The translations under genes were made by a program, and so were the position numbers. A stretch of 64,000 nucleotides of DNA. Origin: Heterodontus francisci (taxonomy: Eukaryota). Where the stretch lies: contig NC_090380.1 in NCBI RefSeq assembly GCF_036365525.1, forward strand, positions 82,469,658 through 82,533,657. The letters are read 5' to 3'. The stretch's first letter is position 1. Every line of letters starts with the position of its first letter. Below, piece by piece: positions 1 through 11,937 of this stretch. The notes under the pieces were generated by a model, which searched no databases, was not told where the DNA came from, and was given only the letters and a program-made list of their open reading frames with translations.

Positions 1-1327
1 ATTACTGAGCTGCCAGCCCGCTGATTAGCCAGCAGCTCTTGGGGTGGGTTCTTTTCCCTTAAAGGGGACAGCAGCTCCGATGGCGGGCAGTTAATTACCT
101 GCCCACCTTTGAATTCAGCGGCGGTTGACAAATGGCCGAGGTGGAGTCACCAGCCCTGCTTTCTGGACTGTCACTGAAACCCCCGTTGCCTAAATAAAAC
201 TTAGCCAGCATGTTCAGGAAAGATAGGGAAGGAAAGAAAGAGGAAGAATAGCAGTATTGATTAGGGAGAATATGACAGTGTTGGAGACAGAGGATGTCCT
301 GCAGGGGTCAGAGACAGAATCCATTTGCTTACAGCCAAGAAACAATAGAGGTGCCATTACACCACTGGGTGAATTTAATGGCCACAAAACAGAGTCTTTT
401 TTTTATTTCACGACACAGAAGGAAGCCATTAGGCCCATCGAGTCCATGCTGGCTCGCCACAGAGTAATCCAGTCAATCCCACTCGCCCACTCGATGCCCG
501 TAGCCCTGCAAGTTTATTCCCTACAGGGGAGGTGGTGATGTAGTGGTAATATCATTAGACTAGTAACCCAGAGCTCCAAGCTAATGGCCTGGGGATATGG
601 GTTCGAATCACACCACAGCGGATGGTGAAATTTGAATCCAATTAATAAATCTGTAGTTAAAAAGCTAGTCTAGTGGTGATCATCAAACTATTGTCCATTG
701 TTGTAAAAATACATCTGGTTCATTTTATGTCCATTAGGACAGGAAATCTACCATCCTTACCTGATCAGGCCTACATGTTACTCCAGACCCACAGCAATGT
801 GGTTGACTTTTAAATGCCCTCTGATATAGCCTAGCAAACCACTCAGTTTGTATCAAACCGCTATAGAGTCCAAGAAACGGTATGAAACCAGACAGACCAT
901 CCAACATTGACCTAGGCACTATAAACGACAATGGCAAACCCAGCCGTGTCGACCCTGCAAAGTCCTCCTTAGTAACGTTTGGGGGCTTGTATCAAAGTTG
1001 GGAGAGCTGTCCCACAGACTAGTCAAGCATGACATAGCCATACTCACGGAATCATACCTTACAGACAATGTTCCAGACACTGACATCACCATCCCTGGGT
1101 ATGTCCTGTCCCAACGGCACACACACCAGAGGTGGCGGCACAGTGGTACACAGTTGGAAGAGAGTTTCCTTGGGAGTCCTCAACATTGTCTCTGGAACCC
1201 ATAATGTCTCATGGCATCACGTCAAACATGGGCAAGGAAACCTCCTGCTGATTACCACCTACTGCCTCAGCTGATGGATCAGTATTCCTCCATATTGAAC
1301 ACCAATTGGAAGAAGCACTGAGGGTAG

Positions 1328-1809
1328 TGAAGTGGGATCAGTAGGGCAAAATTAGTAGATTATTTAGCATTAGGATACGTTAACAGTCTTAGAAGAAAGA
1401 TGGAAATACTGTAGTTGTGGGAACCAGGGCATGAGGGGTTGCGTGGCAATGGGCATGGGAAGTTGTACAACCCAGAAGTCTAATTGCCTTCGCATCTGTG
1501 TAAACATACTGTCCTTGAGATAAGAATATGAAAACATCAATCCTCAAGGATGGGGAGGAGACGACAGGGGAATGATTAGTGAGACAATACAATCCAGTTT
1601 ATTGATCAAGCTACAGCTTGGAATGTGTTGGGGGGTAGTGTGGACAAATGAGTAATGGTTATTGTATTCTATAAATGTTTACTACAAACTCTGTTTCATT
1701 GAGAAATCTCTGGATGTTTCACCAGACACTTCTCCCTTGTGCCGGTGCTTGAATAAACCTTTACTACTTTAATCCCGTGGACTTGAGAGCAGTTATTTTC
1801 TCCATAACA
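1328..1809 (+). repeat. 5' LTR
   Basis: Direct repeat of 7183-7666; TG...CA ends; internal AATAAA. Confidence 0.92.
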
Positions 1810-1812
1810 ATT

Positions 1813-1830
1813 TGGCGTAGTTGGAAGGAT
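1813..1830 (+). other. Primer binding site complementary to tRNA-Ser
   Basis: TGGCGTAGTTGGAAGGAT versus the tRNA-Ser 3'-end complement TGGCGTAGTCGGCAGGAT (2 mismatches), 3 nt after the 5' LTR. Confidence 0.8.
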
Positions 1831-2187
1831 CCTCAAGACTCAGTCACGGTGCCCGGTCGAAGGTCGGCCTCAGAGAGCAGGTGAGTACATTTACTTTACC
1901 ACCCATTAGAAAGGGAGGTCAGTGTTGGGATGGGAAGCTGGCGGGCCGATTTGAGGATCCGAACCAAAGGACGGGCCCACGGGTGGAGTAACTAAAGGCA
2001 GCACAGCGCCGGGATCACGGTTCCTTCAGTAACTGAGGATGTAATATGTTCTTGGGGTTAACCAGGCGAAGTAAGAACGATCGGAGAGTAAACGAGAGGT
2101 CCGTTTCCCATGTAGGAATGATCATAGGGTAACAAGAGGTCTGTACCCACCAAATAGTAACAACAGTCAGACTATAAAACATCAGCC

Positions 2188-2427
2188 ATGGCAAATAATG
2201 ATCCAGAGTGGGGACCCAAAGGGTCACTCACCAAATCTTTGGCAGCCAAAAACAAGAGAACTTTAGATAAAATGATCAGGAAGATTGGGATCCCTCGAGG
2301 ACCTCGGATAAGTATAACAAACGGTGAAAAGAACAGACAAAAGGGAATAACTATATTATGCAAGTGCTACTTTACCATGTGTCAGTCTGGAAAGTCTCAA
2401 TTAGCTAGGCTAAGTTACAAGTGTTAG
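2188..2427 (+). pseudogene. Putative gag N-terminal remnant of the ERV-like element
   Basis: Basic ATG ORF (MANNDPEWGPKGS...) at the position expected for gag, after the PBS and leader. No capsid motif recognised. Confidence 0.35.
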
Positions 2428-4588
2428 AAGGGCGAGAGCCAAAGTGGGAAAGTGAGACTATCAGGTTAAGGTAAGAGGGACATCTTAAACAAGATGCTTT
2501 AATGAAATTTAAAAGTGATAAAAACAAGTTACTGTGTCTTTGTTCGAGTCTGCATGAATGTTGGAAGCTTCTACTTGTCTGTGTAGCTGTGTGCTGTGGA
2601 GCTGACAGTCATTAACTCTTTGTTGTCTGGCTTTCATGTTGAAAGTATGAGTCTGTTACTTGTTCTCTTGCCCGATTCTTGCACCTGTATATTTCTGTAG
2701 GAATCTTGAGTCATGATTTGGGTGTGAACTAGCTGAACCTGTGTGTGTTTCTTGGGCTGGGGACTGGGAAGTTAATGCAGATTTTTGGTACTTTGAATTC
2801 ATAACCCATTACAGGAATCAATATTTCTAAGTTGTATGGAATTAAGGAAGTGTGAATGTGATTGCTGAGTGTGTTCATTTCAATTTAAAATTGTGCACTC
2901 AGAAATGAGATATAAAACTGAATTATATTTTAAATTAAAAATTGTGGTGGCATGTTTATTTTTATTTTAAAAGTCGGTTTTGAAACTCTGAAATGCCAAT
3001 GCACAATTTTGTAAGAGATAAGCTTCAGCCTTGGAGGCTTGGAAATGTCTGGCTGAAATCCAAGTTGAAGTTTTTAAATGCTTTGCTTTAATTGGACCAA
3101 AGTTTAAAACCTACTATTGCTTTTTTGCAGTTTAAAGACATATCTTACTGACTGTTAAAGGATAAATAAAGGAGCTAGTGAAAAGATTTTAAAGTTAGTT
3201 TAAGAGGCTGGTGTTAAGTCTTCATTGTAAGAATATTAAATAACCTTTTCTTTAGTTCTTAGTTTATTACAGTCATCTGAAAAGATGCCAGAAGAAAGAA
3301 CATGAAAAAATTATGTAATTTACCTTTTCTTTTAAAAGATAATGTATTATTCTGTTCTATGTGTAGTTAATAAGCATTGGTTTGAATTAAATTTAAATTA
3401 TTAAGGATAACTGACCTGTTAAGTTGGGAAGACTGGAATTTCATTAGTGACCTTCCAGATATAAGGCTCGCTCATATATAACATTGGCAGTTTTGACTTT
3501 AAAATGTATAGTGCTGTGAATTGGAATTTGGAATCACCTTCATTGTATTACAAAAATTCCTTGAGGTAGGAACCTCTTACAAAATGTTAAAAGTTTGGAA
3601 ACAATTGGAGTTTAATCTAAAATGCTGTTTTCCCTGATAGAGATGTTTTGAAGTTTAAGGGGAAAAGCAAATTTAGACAAACTAAAAAAAAAAATTCTAA
3701 GTGGTTTCTATGAATATAGAGAAATGTTGCCTTTGGGAAGAAATCAATGGAACATTAACAAAACCTGTGATCCCAGCAACACTGTTATTTGAATTTGGGA
3801 TAACTTTGAGGTGCAAAAAGTCCAGTGTAATTTAGCAAGTTACTTTTAAGAAACGAAAATGTCATCTAGGATAAAGAATAAACAAATAGACAAAGGATAC
3901 AAAGGAAAAGGGAATTGTAGCTCTGTGTCATGGGCACATAAGGCCAAGAGAGTGGGTGCGCGTGTGCAGCAGTCATGAGGAAAGATAAATGATCTAAGAA
4001 GGTCACAATAAATAATTTGGGGTTGTTTTACCATTTTAGGGATCTGTCTTGAACAGACATAGACAGAAGTCAGAGAAGGGTGAGGAGGAATAAAGTTGGA
4101 AGCATCACAGTAAATTAAAATGCTGTCGGAAAAGATAAAAAAGGAAGAAAACTTGTGTGTGCATAAGTTTATATTTGTGTATTATATTAGTGTACTGTAA
4201 TTTCCTCGTCTGTCTGTGTTAGCTCTGTTTGTGTCACCAAACTAATGGCTTATTAACCCTCAGTGGCCTGGTCCTGCATGATGTTCTAAACTTTTGATAG
4301 CTGTATAAAATGGATGAGAAGCTGTTAAAGTACACAGTTTGTTTTGGCAAGGGGAGAGAGAGAAGGATTCCTTTAAGGGCGAACAATAGGTAATGATACT
4401 CGGCACTGTCAATTCGATTGTTCCTGTGGATAAAAAAACCTCGAAGACCACCCTTTCCTTCCCCCAAGCTTGTGAGAGGCCGCTGTTTGAAGTTTGGCAG
4501 ATTTAAAAGAAGGAACAAGACCACTGATGCACTATATTTCCTTTGTTTTCTTTCTTTCATCTTAAGTTGTTAAGTTGAATTAGTGTTA

Positions 4589-5383
4589 TAGAGTCATCGA
4601 GTCATACAGTCAGAAACAGGCCCTTCAGCCCATCTTGTCCATGCCGGCCATCAAGCACCTTTTTTATTCATTCATGGGATGTGGGCGTCGCTGGCCAGGC
4701 CAGCATTTATTGCCCATCCCTAATTGCCCTTGAGAAGGTGGTGCCTTCTTCAACCGCTGCAGTCCATGTGAGGTAGATACACCCACAGTGCTGTTAGGAA
4801 GGGAGTTCCAGGATTTTGACCCAGCGACAGTGAAGGAACTGCGATATAAGTCAGGATGGTGTGTGACTTTGAGGGGGACTTGCAGGTGGTGGTGTTCCCA
4901 TGCATTTGCTGCCCTTGTCCTTCTAGTTGGTAGAGGTCATGGGTTTGGAAGGTAATGTCTAAGGAGACTTGGTGTGTTGCTGCAGTGCATCTTGTAGATG
5001 GTACACACTGTTGCCACTGTGCGTTGGTGGTGGAGGGAGTGAATGTTTGTACCTATTCTAATCCCATTTCCCAGCACTTGGCCCATAGCCTCGTATGCTA
5101 TGGCATTTCAAGTGCTCATCTAAATACTTCTTAAATGTTGTGATGGTTTCTGCCTCTACCACCTCTTCAGGCAGTGTGTCCCAGATTCCAAAAATCTTTC
5201 CTCAAATCCCCTCTAAACCTCTTGCCCCTTACCTTAAATCTATGCCCCCCGGTGATTGACCCCTCTGCTAAGAGAAAAAGTTTCTTCCTATCTAATCTAT
5301 CAATGCCCCTCATAATTTTGTATACCTTAATCATGTCCCCCGTCAGCCTTCTCTGCTCTAAGGAAACCAATCCTAGCCTTTTC
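4589..5383 (-). mobile_element. CR1 LINE 3' fragment inside the ERV, itself containing a 3' fragment (4661-5050) of the tRNA-headed LINE family
   Basis: CR1 C-terminal SLEQRRLTGDMIKVYKIM; the nested piece is flanked by an ACCT duplication. Confidence 0.8.
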
Positions 5384-6290
5384 AGAAGTTGCAGAAATTG
5401 TGTGGATAATGTATGTGTGTAAGTTTTAATGTGCTTCCTTCCCTAAATGGCAGTTGCTCAAAAGGGGGACCAGCACACAAAAAAAGGAATTTCACAATGG
5501 GAAATGTGAGTTGGATCAAAAGGAAGATCTAAACAAACGAAATGTTTAAGTTATAAGATTTGAATGGAGATTTCTGGCCAAGAATCACATTTTGATAAAC
5601 GTGGGAATTTTAATCCAGACATAAATGCATGCATGTGAGAACAAGGTAATTTTTAATGTTCAATACTGCTAATTGGGAAATTTCTTATTTGTCTGAAAGG
5701 TACGTGCTTAGACTATTCCATAGCTCATGGTTTGTTCTGTCTTCGTAGGTAAACAGGTGGTGACATCATCACTAGTCCATCTGAGATGGGTCACCCCACC
5801 CTCTTTCAGACGTGCAGAAAGTTAACCCTTTCCGCTAGCAGTTAAAGCTGACCATACAACTTTCAAAATTTATTGCAACAACATTGCTGACAGCTTCAGG
5901 AATTTGATCAGATATCTGCAATAAATTGAAGGTGATGAATTAAATTACATTAATTTGAGTTGGTATTCTAACCTGAAACTTAAAGAGATTCTAGGAAGCA
6001 ACAAAACCACACACACAGTCTTGGTGGTTTCTGCTTGGTCAACAGTAAATATTGGACTAAATAAGAAAATAACATCACTGTGTATCAGCTCAGAGGTTTG
6101 GTACAGGTATATCCTGAACAGACAGATTGAAAAGGAAAAATCTTAAAGTAATGGGATTGGTATTTTATTTTCCAGGAATGCCGTACGGGATGACACCACT
6201 CCCAGTGGTCTCAAGACAAACTACATGACTCACATTCTGTTTCTGCCAGCAGGAGGGCCAGCAGCAGATCTCTTAATTATTTTGTTTCAG

Positions 6291-6976
6291 GTAAACCACA
6301 AGAGCAATGGCAGCCCGATCACCCTCCTGGTAACCACGGTAACAAGAGAGGCGCCCACCATAAATATCCACGGAAGCACTTGCTTGCATCCAGGACAGTA
6401 CGCGCAACTACCGAAAGGAGGCAGCACCTCGAGGGCATCCAACACCAGAGTGAACATCATGGTGGGATGGACTAATCTGCCTCCAGTTGTTTGAGAACTC
6501 AAAGGGAAGGGCCTGTGACATGTTGGCTCAGGACTTGATGGATAACATTGTTTCAGATATTGAAGATATAAGATTTTGTACGGCCCCCCGACACATACTG
6601 TGTCAGGCTGTGAAAAGATTAGACCTTACTAAACTGCATGCCCTAGCCACCACTAGAAGGTTTATAGAACAAAACCATCAAGCAATCGTGAGAGACAAAG
6701 TGCAGGTGAACCTAGCCAAAGGAGTGGCTAGAGTATTGGAGGACTTGGCCAGCAATTAAGCCGAGATGGCAAGAATGACATTATAACTGGTAGGCAGTGG
6801 GAAGGATCGCTACAGCCATTGTGGTCCTGTTAGTTGGTCTCTGTATTTGTTGCTGCCAAAGGCTGTTGATATCCCAAGTGGTGCAGACAGTAATGCTGGC
6901 CAATAAAGGGTACACCTCGGTATCCCCTGCGGTCGGAGCCCCTCTCCCAGGGAATATAAAACATGAATATTTATAA
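6291..6976 (+). pseudogene. Degenerate env-like membrane protein of the ERV-like element
   Basis: Preceded by splice acceptors (6175, 6290). Frameshifted fragments end in a TM-like AIVVLLVGLCICCC segment just upstream of the PPT and 3' LTR. Confidence 0.45.
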
Positions 6977-7182
6977 AGATTGCACTATATAACGGGATAG
7001 AGGTTCCAGGCCTAGCCCAGGTCAATAGGACTTTGGTGAAGCCATAAGAGAATGTTAGGGTAGGAGATCCGAAGCTCACTGAACTCCAGTAGGATCCCTG
7101 GAACAATCAGCAAGTGGAGGATGTAGGGAATGTCCCACCTGGGCCAGGTGGTGTGCCTGACCAGGGGTCCAAAAGGAAGGAC

Positions 7183-7666
7183 TGAAGTGAGACCAGTAGG
7201 GCAACATTAGTAGATTATTTAGCATTAGGATGCGTTAACAGTTTTAGAAGAAAGATGGAAGCACTGTAGTTGTGGGGAATCAGGGCATGATGGGTTGCGT
7301 GGCAATGGTCATGGGAAGTTGTACAACCCAGAAGTCTAATTGCATTTGCATCTGTGTAAACATACTGTCCTTGAGATAAGATTATGAAAACATCAAACCT
7401 CAAAGATGGGGAGGAGATGACAGGGGAATAATTAGTAAGACAATACAATCCTGTTTATTGATCAAGCTACAGCTTTGAAATATGTTGGGGGGTAGTATGG
7501 ACAAATGAGTAATGGTTATTGTATTCTATAAATTTGTATACAGACTCTGTTTCATTGAGAAGCCTCTGGATGTTTCACCATACACTTCTCCCTTGCGCCA
7601 GTGCTTGAATAAACCTTTATTTACTTTAATCCTTTGGACTCGTGAGCAGTTATTTTCTCCACAACA
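7183..7666 (+). repeat. 3' LTR
   Basis: Direct repeat of 1328-1809, preceded by polypurine tract AAAAGGAAGGAC (7171-7182). Confidence 0.92.
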
Positions 7667-8601
7667 GTAGCAAGGGCACAAAATGTACTCTGGGTGGGGG
7701 ACCTCAACGTCCATCACCAAGAGTGGCTCAGTAGCACCACTACTGACCGAGCTGGCCGAGTCCTAAAGGATATAGCTGTTAGACTGGATCTGCAGCAGGT
7801 AGTGAGGGAACCAACAAGAGGGAAAAATATACTTGACCTCATTCTCACCAATTTAGCTATCGCAGATGCTTGTCCATAACAATATTGGTCGGCGTGACCA
7901 CTGCACAGTCCTTGTGGAGACAAAGTCCCGTCTTCACATTGATGATACCCTCCATCATGTTGTGTGGCACTACCACCGTGCTACATGGGATCAATTTCAA
8001 TAAGATCTAGCAACTCAAAACTGGGCATCCATGAGGCGCTGTGGGCCATCAGCAGCAGCAAAATTGTATTCAACCACAATCTGTAACCTCATGAACCGGC
8101 ATATCCCCCATTCTACCATTACCATCAACCCTGGTTCAATGATGAGTGTAACAGGGCATTCCAGGAGCAGCACCAGGCATACCTCAAATGAAGTGTCAGG
8201 CTGGTGAAGCTACAACAGCAGAAGCAGCATGCAATAGACAGAGCTAAGCAATCCCACAACCAATGGATCAGATCTAAGCTCTGCAGTCCTGGCACGTCCA
8301 GTCGTGAACAGTATTGAACAATTAAACAACTAACAGGAGGAGGTGGCTCCACAAATATCCCATCCGCAACGTTGGGGGAGCCCAGCTCAATAGTGCAAAA
8401 GACAAGGCTGAAGCATTTGCAACAATTTTCAGCCAAAAGTGATGAGTGGATGATCCATCTTGGCCTCCTCCTGAGGTCGCCAGCATCACAGATGCCAGTC
8501 TTCAGCCAGCCAATCTGATTCACTCCATAATTATATCAAGAAATGGCTGAAGGCACTGGATACTGCAAAGGCTATGAGCCCTGAGAACATTCTGGCAATA
8601 G

Positions 8602-8937
8602 TCATAGAGAGATACAGCACTGAAACAGGCCCTTCGGCCCACCAAGTCTGTGCCGACCAACAACCACCCATTTATACTAATCCTACATTAATCCCAAATT
8701 CCCTACCACATCCCCACCATTCTCCTACCACCTACCTACACTAGGGGCAATTTGCAATGGTCAATTTACCTATCAACCTGCAAGTCTTTGGCTGTGGGAG
8801 GAAACCAGAGCACCTGGCAGAAACCCACACGGTCACAGGGAGAACTTGCAAACTCCGCACAGGCAGTACCCAGAAGTGAACCTGGGCCACTGGAATTGTG
8901 AGGCTGCGGTGCTAACCACTGCGCCACTGTGCTGCCC
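8602..8937 (-). mobile_element. HE1-type shark SINE (V-SINE)
   Basis: tRNA-like head gggcagcacagtggcgcagtggttagc and CR1-derived tail; near-identical to other copies in the window. Confidence 0.85.
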
Positions 8938-10363
8938 GACATGTGCTCCAGAACTAGCCATGCCCCTGGCCAAACTGTTCCAGTACAGCTACAACACTGG
9001 CATCTACCCAGCAATGTGTAAAACTGCCCAGGTATATCCTGTGCACAAAAAGCAGGACAAATCCAACCTGGCCAATTTCCACCCCAGTCTACTCCCGATC
9101 GCCAGTAAAGTGATGGAAGGTGTCAGCGCCAGTGCTATCAAGCAGCACTTGCTTAGCAATTACCTGCTCATGGATAAAAGAACTGAACTCAAGAGGTGAG
9201 GTGAGAGTGACTGCCCTTGACATCAAGGCAGCATTTGACCGAGTATGGCATCAAGGAGCCCCAGCAAAACTGGAGTCAATGGGAATCAGGGAAAAACTCT
9301 CCACTGGTTGGAGTCATACCTAGCACAATGGAAGATGGTTGTGATTGTTGGAGGTCAATCATCTCAGCTCCAGGACATCACTGCAGGAGTTCCTCAGGGT
9401 AGTATGCTAGGCCCAGCCATCTTCAGCTGCTTCATCAATGACCTTCCCTCCATTTTAAGGTCAGAAGTGGGGATGTTCGCTGAAGATTGCACAATGTTCA
9501 GCACCATTCGTGACTCCTCAGGTACAAAAGCAGCACATGTCCATATGCAGCAAGACTTGAACAACATCCAGGCTTGGGCTGTTAAGTGTCATGTAAAATT
9601 TGTGTCACATAAGTGCCAGGCAATGACCATCTCAAACAAGAGAGATTCTAACCATCTTCCCTTGACATTCCATGGCATTATCATTGCTGAATCAACATCC
9701 TGAGGGTTACCATTGACCAGAAATTGACCTGTATCAGACATATAAAATGCTGTGGCTACAAGAGCAGCTCAGAGGCTGGGAATTCTGTGATGAGTAACTC
9801 ACCTCCTGACTCCCCAAAGCCATCTACAAGGCACAAGTCAGGAGTGTGATGGAATACTCTCCACTTGCCTGGATGGGTGCCGCTCCAACAACACTCAAGA
9901 AGCTCGACACCATCCAGGACAAAGCAGCCTGCTTGATTGGTACCCTATTCACAAACATTCACTCCCTCCATCACTGACGCACAGTGGCAGCAGTGTGTAC
10001 CATCTGCAAGATTCACTGCAGCAGCTCACCAAGTCTCCTTAGACAGCACCTTCCAAACCCGCGACCTCTACCAACTAGAAGGACAAGGGCAGCAGTTGCA
10101 TGGGAACATTACCACCTGCAATGTCCCCACCAAGACATACCACACGACACCATCTTGACTTGGAACTATATCTTTGTTCCTTCAATGTCGCTGGGTCAAA
10201 ATTCTGGAACTCCCTTCCCAACAGCACTGTAGGTGTACCTACACCCCAAGGACTGCAACGGTTCAAGAAGGCAGCTCACCACTACCTTCTCAAGGGCAAT
10301 TAGGGATGGGCAATAAATGCTGGCCTGGCCAGCGATGCCCACATCCCATGAATGAATAAAAAA

Positions 10364-11937
10364 GGTGCCCATCCAATTTCCTTTTGAAATCATTGATTGT
10401 CTCTGCTTCCACCACCTTCGTGGGCAGCGAATTCCAGGTCATTACCACTTGCTGCTTAAAAAAGATCTTCCTCACATTCCCTCTGCATCTCTTGCCTAAG
10501 CCTTTATACTGTGTACCATAGTTCATGTACCATTAGTTAATGGGAAAGTTTTTCTTGTCTAACTTATCTAAGCCTGTCATTATCTTGTGCACCTCGATCA
10601 AATCTCCACTCGATCTCCTTTGTTCCAGGGAGAACAACCCCAACTTTTCCAACCTAACCTTGTAGCTAAAATACCCTATCCCTGGAAAATCTCTGAAGTG
10701 GCCAATTAAGGGCCGCTCAAATGCAGCTTCCTGTCTTTTCTTCCATTTAACTAACATTGGAAGTGCTTGCTGCCACCTTGCGACACTGCCAGGTGAAACC
10801 TGGCGGCTTCCTCACGTGCTCGGTGGGGGGGGGGGTCCCTCCCTTAGGAACAATCCATGGCTCAGGGAGGAAGGCCTTGCCATCACCCACGCACCCGCTG
10901 CGGTGATGGCCGCCCCCACGGCAAGAACCCGCCTGCTCTCACTAACCACACCCCAACTCCCTCATGGGGCCTGCCTGACTGGCCCCAGTAACATTGACCC
11001 CACTTGTATTGGTCCCAGGGTATTGTCTACGATGCTGCTGCAAGTTGACTGCAGTCTCAGCAGTGTCCACCGCTCCCAATGGCACCGCTGGGACTGCTGA
11101 GCTACACCATTTCAAGGACCCTCACATCCTTCCTAAAGTGCGTTGACGAGAACTGGACACAATACTGTAGTTGGGGCCTAACTAGAGCTTTATAAAGGTT
11201 CAGCATTACGCCCCTGCTTTTGTACTCTATGCCTCTATTTACAAAGCCCAAGATCCCATGTGCTTTGCTAATCACTCTCTCAATATGTCTTGCTACCTTC
11301 AAAGATCGACATACATGCACCCCAGATCCCTCTGTTCCTGCACACTGTTTAGAACTGTGCCATTTAGTCTATATTGCCTCTCCCTATCCCTTCTGCCAAA
11401 ATGCATCACCTCACACTTGTCCGATTAAATTCCATCTGCCACCTGTCTGCCCATTCTGCTAGCCTATCTATGTCCTGTTGCAGTTGATCGTATCATCGTC
11501 ACTGTTTGCCATTCCTCCAGGTCTGTTTTCATTGGCAAATTTTAAAATTCTACTCTGTATTCCAAGATCCAAGTCATTCTTATGTAGAAAAAAAAGCAGT
11601 GGTCCCAGCACTGGCCCTTGGGGAATATCTGTGTCTACTATCCTGCAATTTGAAAAACAACTATTTACCATTACTTGCTGTTTTTCTGTCCTTGAGCAAA
11701 TTTTTTATCTGATCGGACACAGACTCCCCTATTCCATGAGCCTCAATTTTGTTAACCAGTCTTTTATGTGGTACTTTGTCAAATGCTTTCTTAAAATCCA
11801 TAAAATCAACATCCACTGCATTCCCTTCATCAGCCTTCTCCGTTTCTTCATCAAAAAATTCAATTAGATTAATTCGGCATGATCTGCTTTTTACAAATCC
11901 GTGCTGGCTCTTTAATTAACTCAAACTTCTCCATGTG
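10364..11937 (-). mobile_element. Degenerate CR1 LINE (RT and 3' part; its tail is at ~390-525), with a MITE fragment at ~10690-11102
   Basis: ORF fragments PQGPVLGPLLF, LYKALVRPQLQYCVQF, LGLFSLEQRR. Confidence 0.8.

Larger units (their letters stand above)
1328..7666 (+). mobile_element. Endogenous retrovirus-like LTR element, non-autonomous (no recognisable pol)
   Basis: Two ~480-bp TG...CA LTRs, 4-bp TSD GTAG (1324-1327 and 7667-7670), PBS, PPT, splice donor at 1881, gag-like and env-like remnants. Confidence 0.9.
526..10363 (+). mobile_element. tRNA-headed CR1/L2-group LINE (degenerate EN-RT ORF), interrupted by an ERV-like element and an HE1 SINE
   Basis: A-box at ~536-546 and B-box GTTCGAATC at 601. 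Endonuclease motifs (ILTESYL, WVGDLNVHH, LDLILTN) and RT motifs (LDIKAAFDRV, GVPQGSMLGP, MFAED). 3' tail ...cccatgaatgaataaaaaa. It splits a CR1 3' tail exactly at 525/10364. Confidence 0.85.

Noticed and set aside
526-620. tRNA gene
   Set aside because: A/B boxes are present, but the sequence continues into a repeated SINE/LINE body. It is a tRNA-derived head, as in the HE1 copies.
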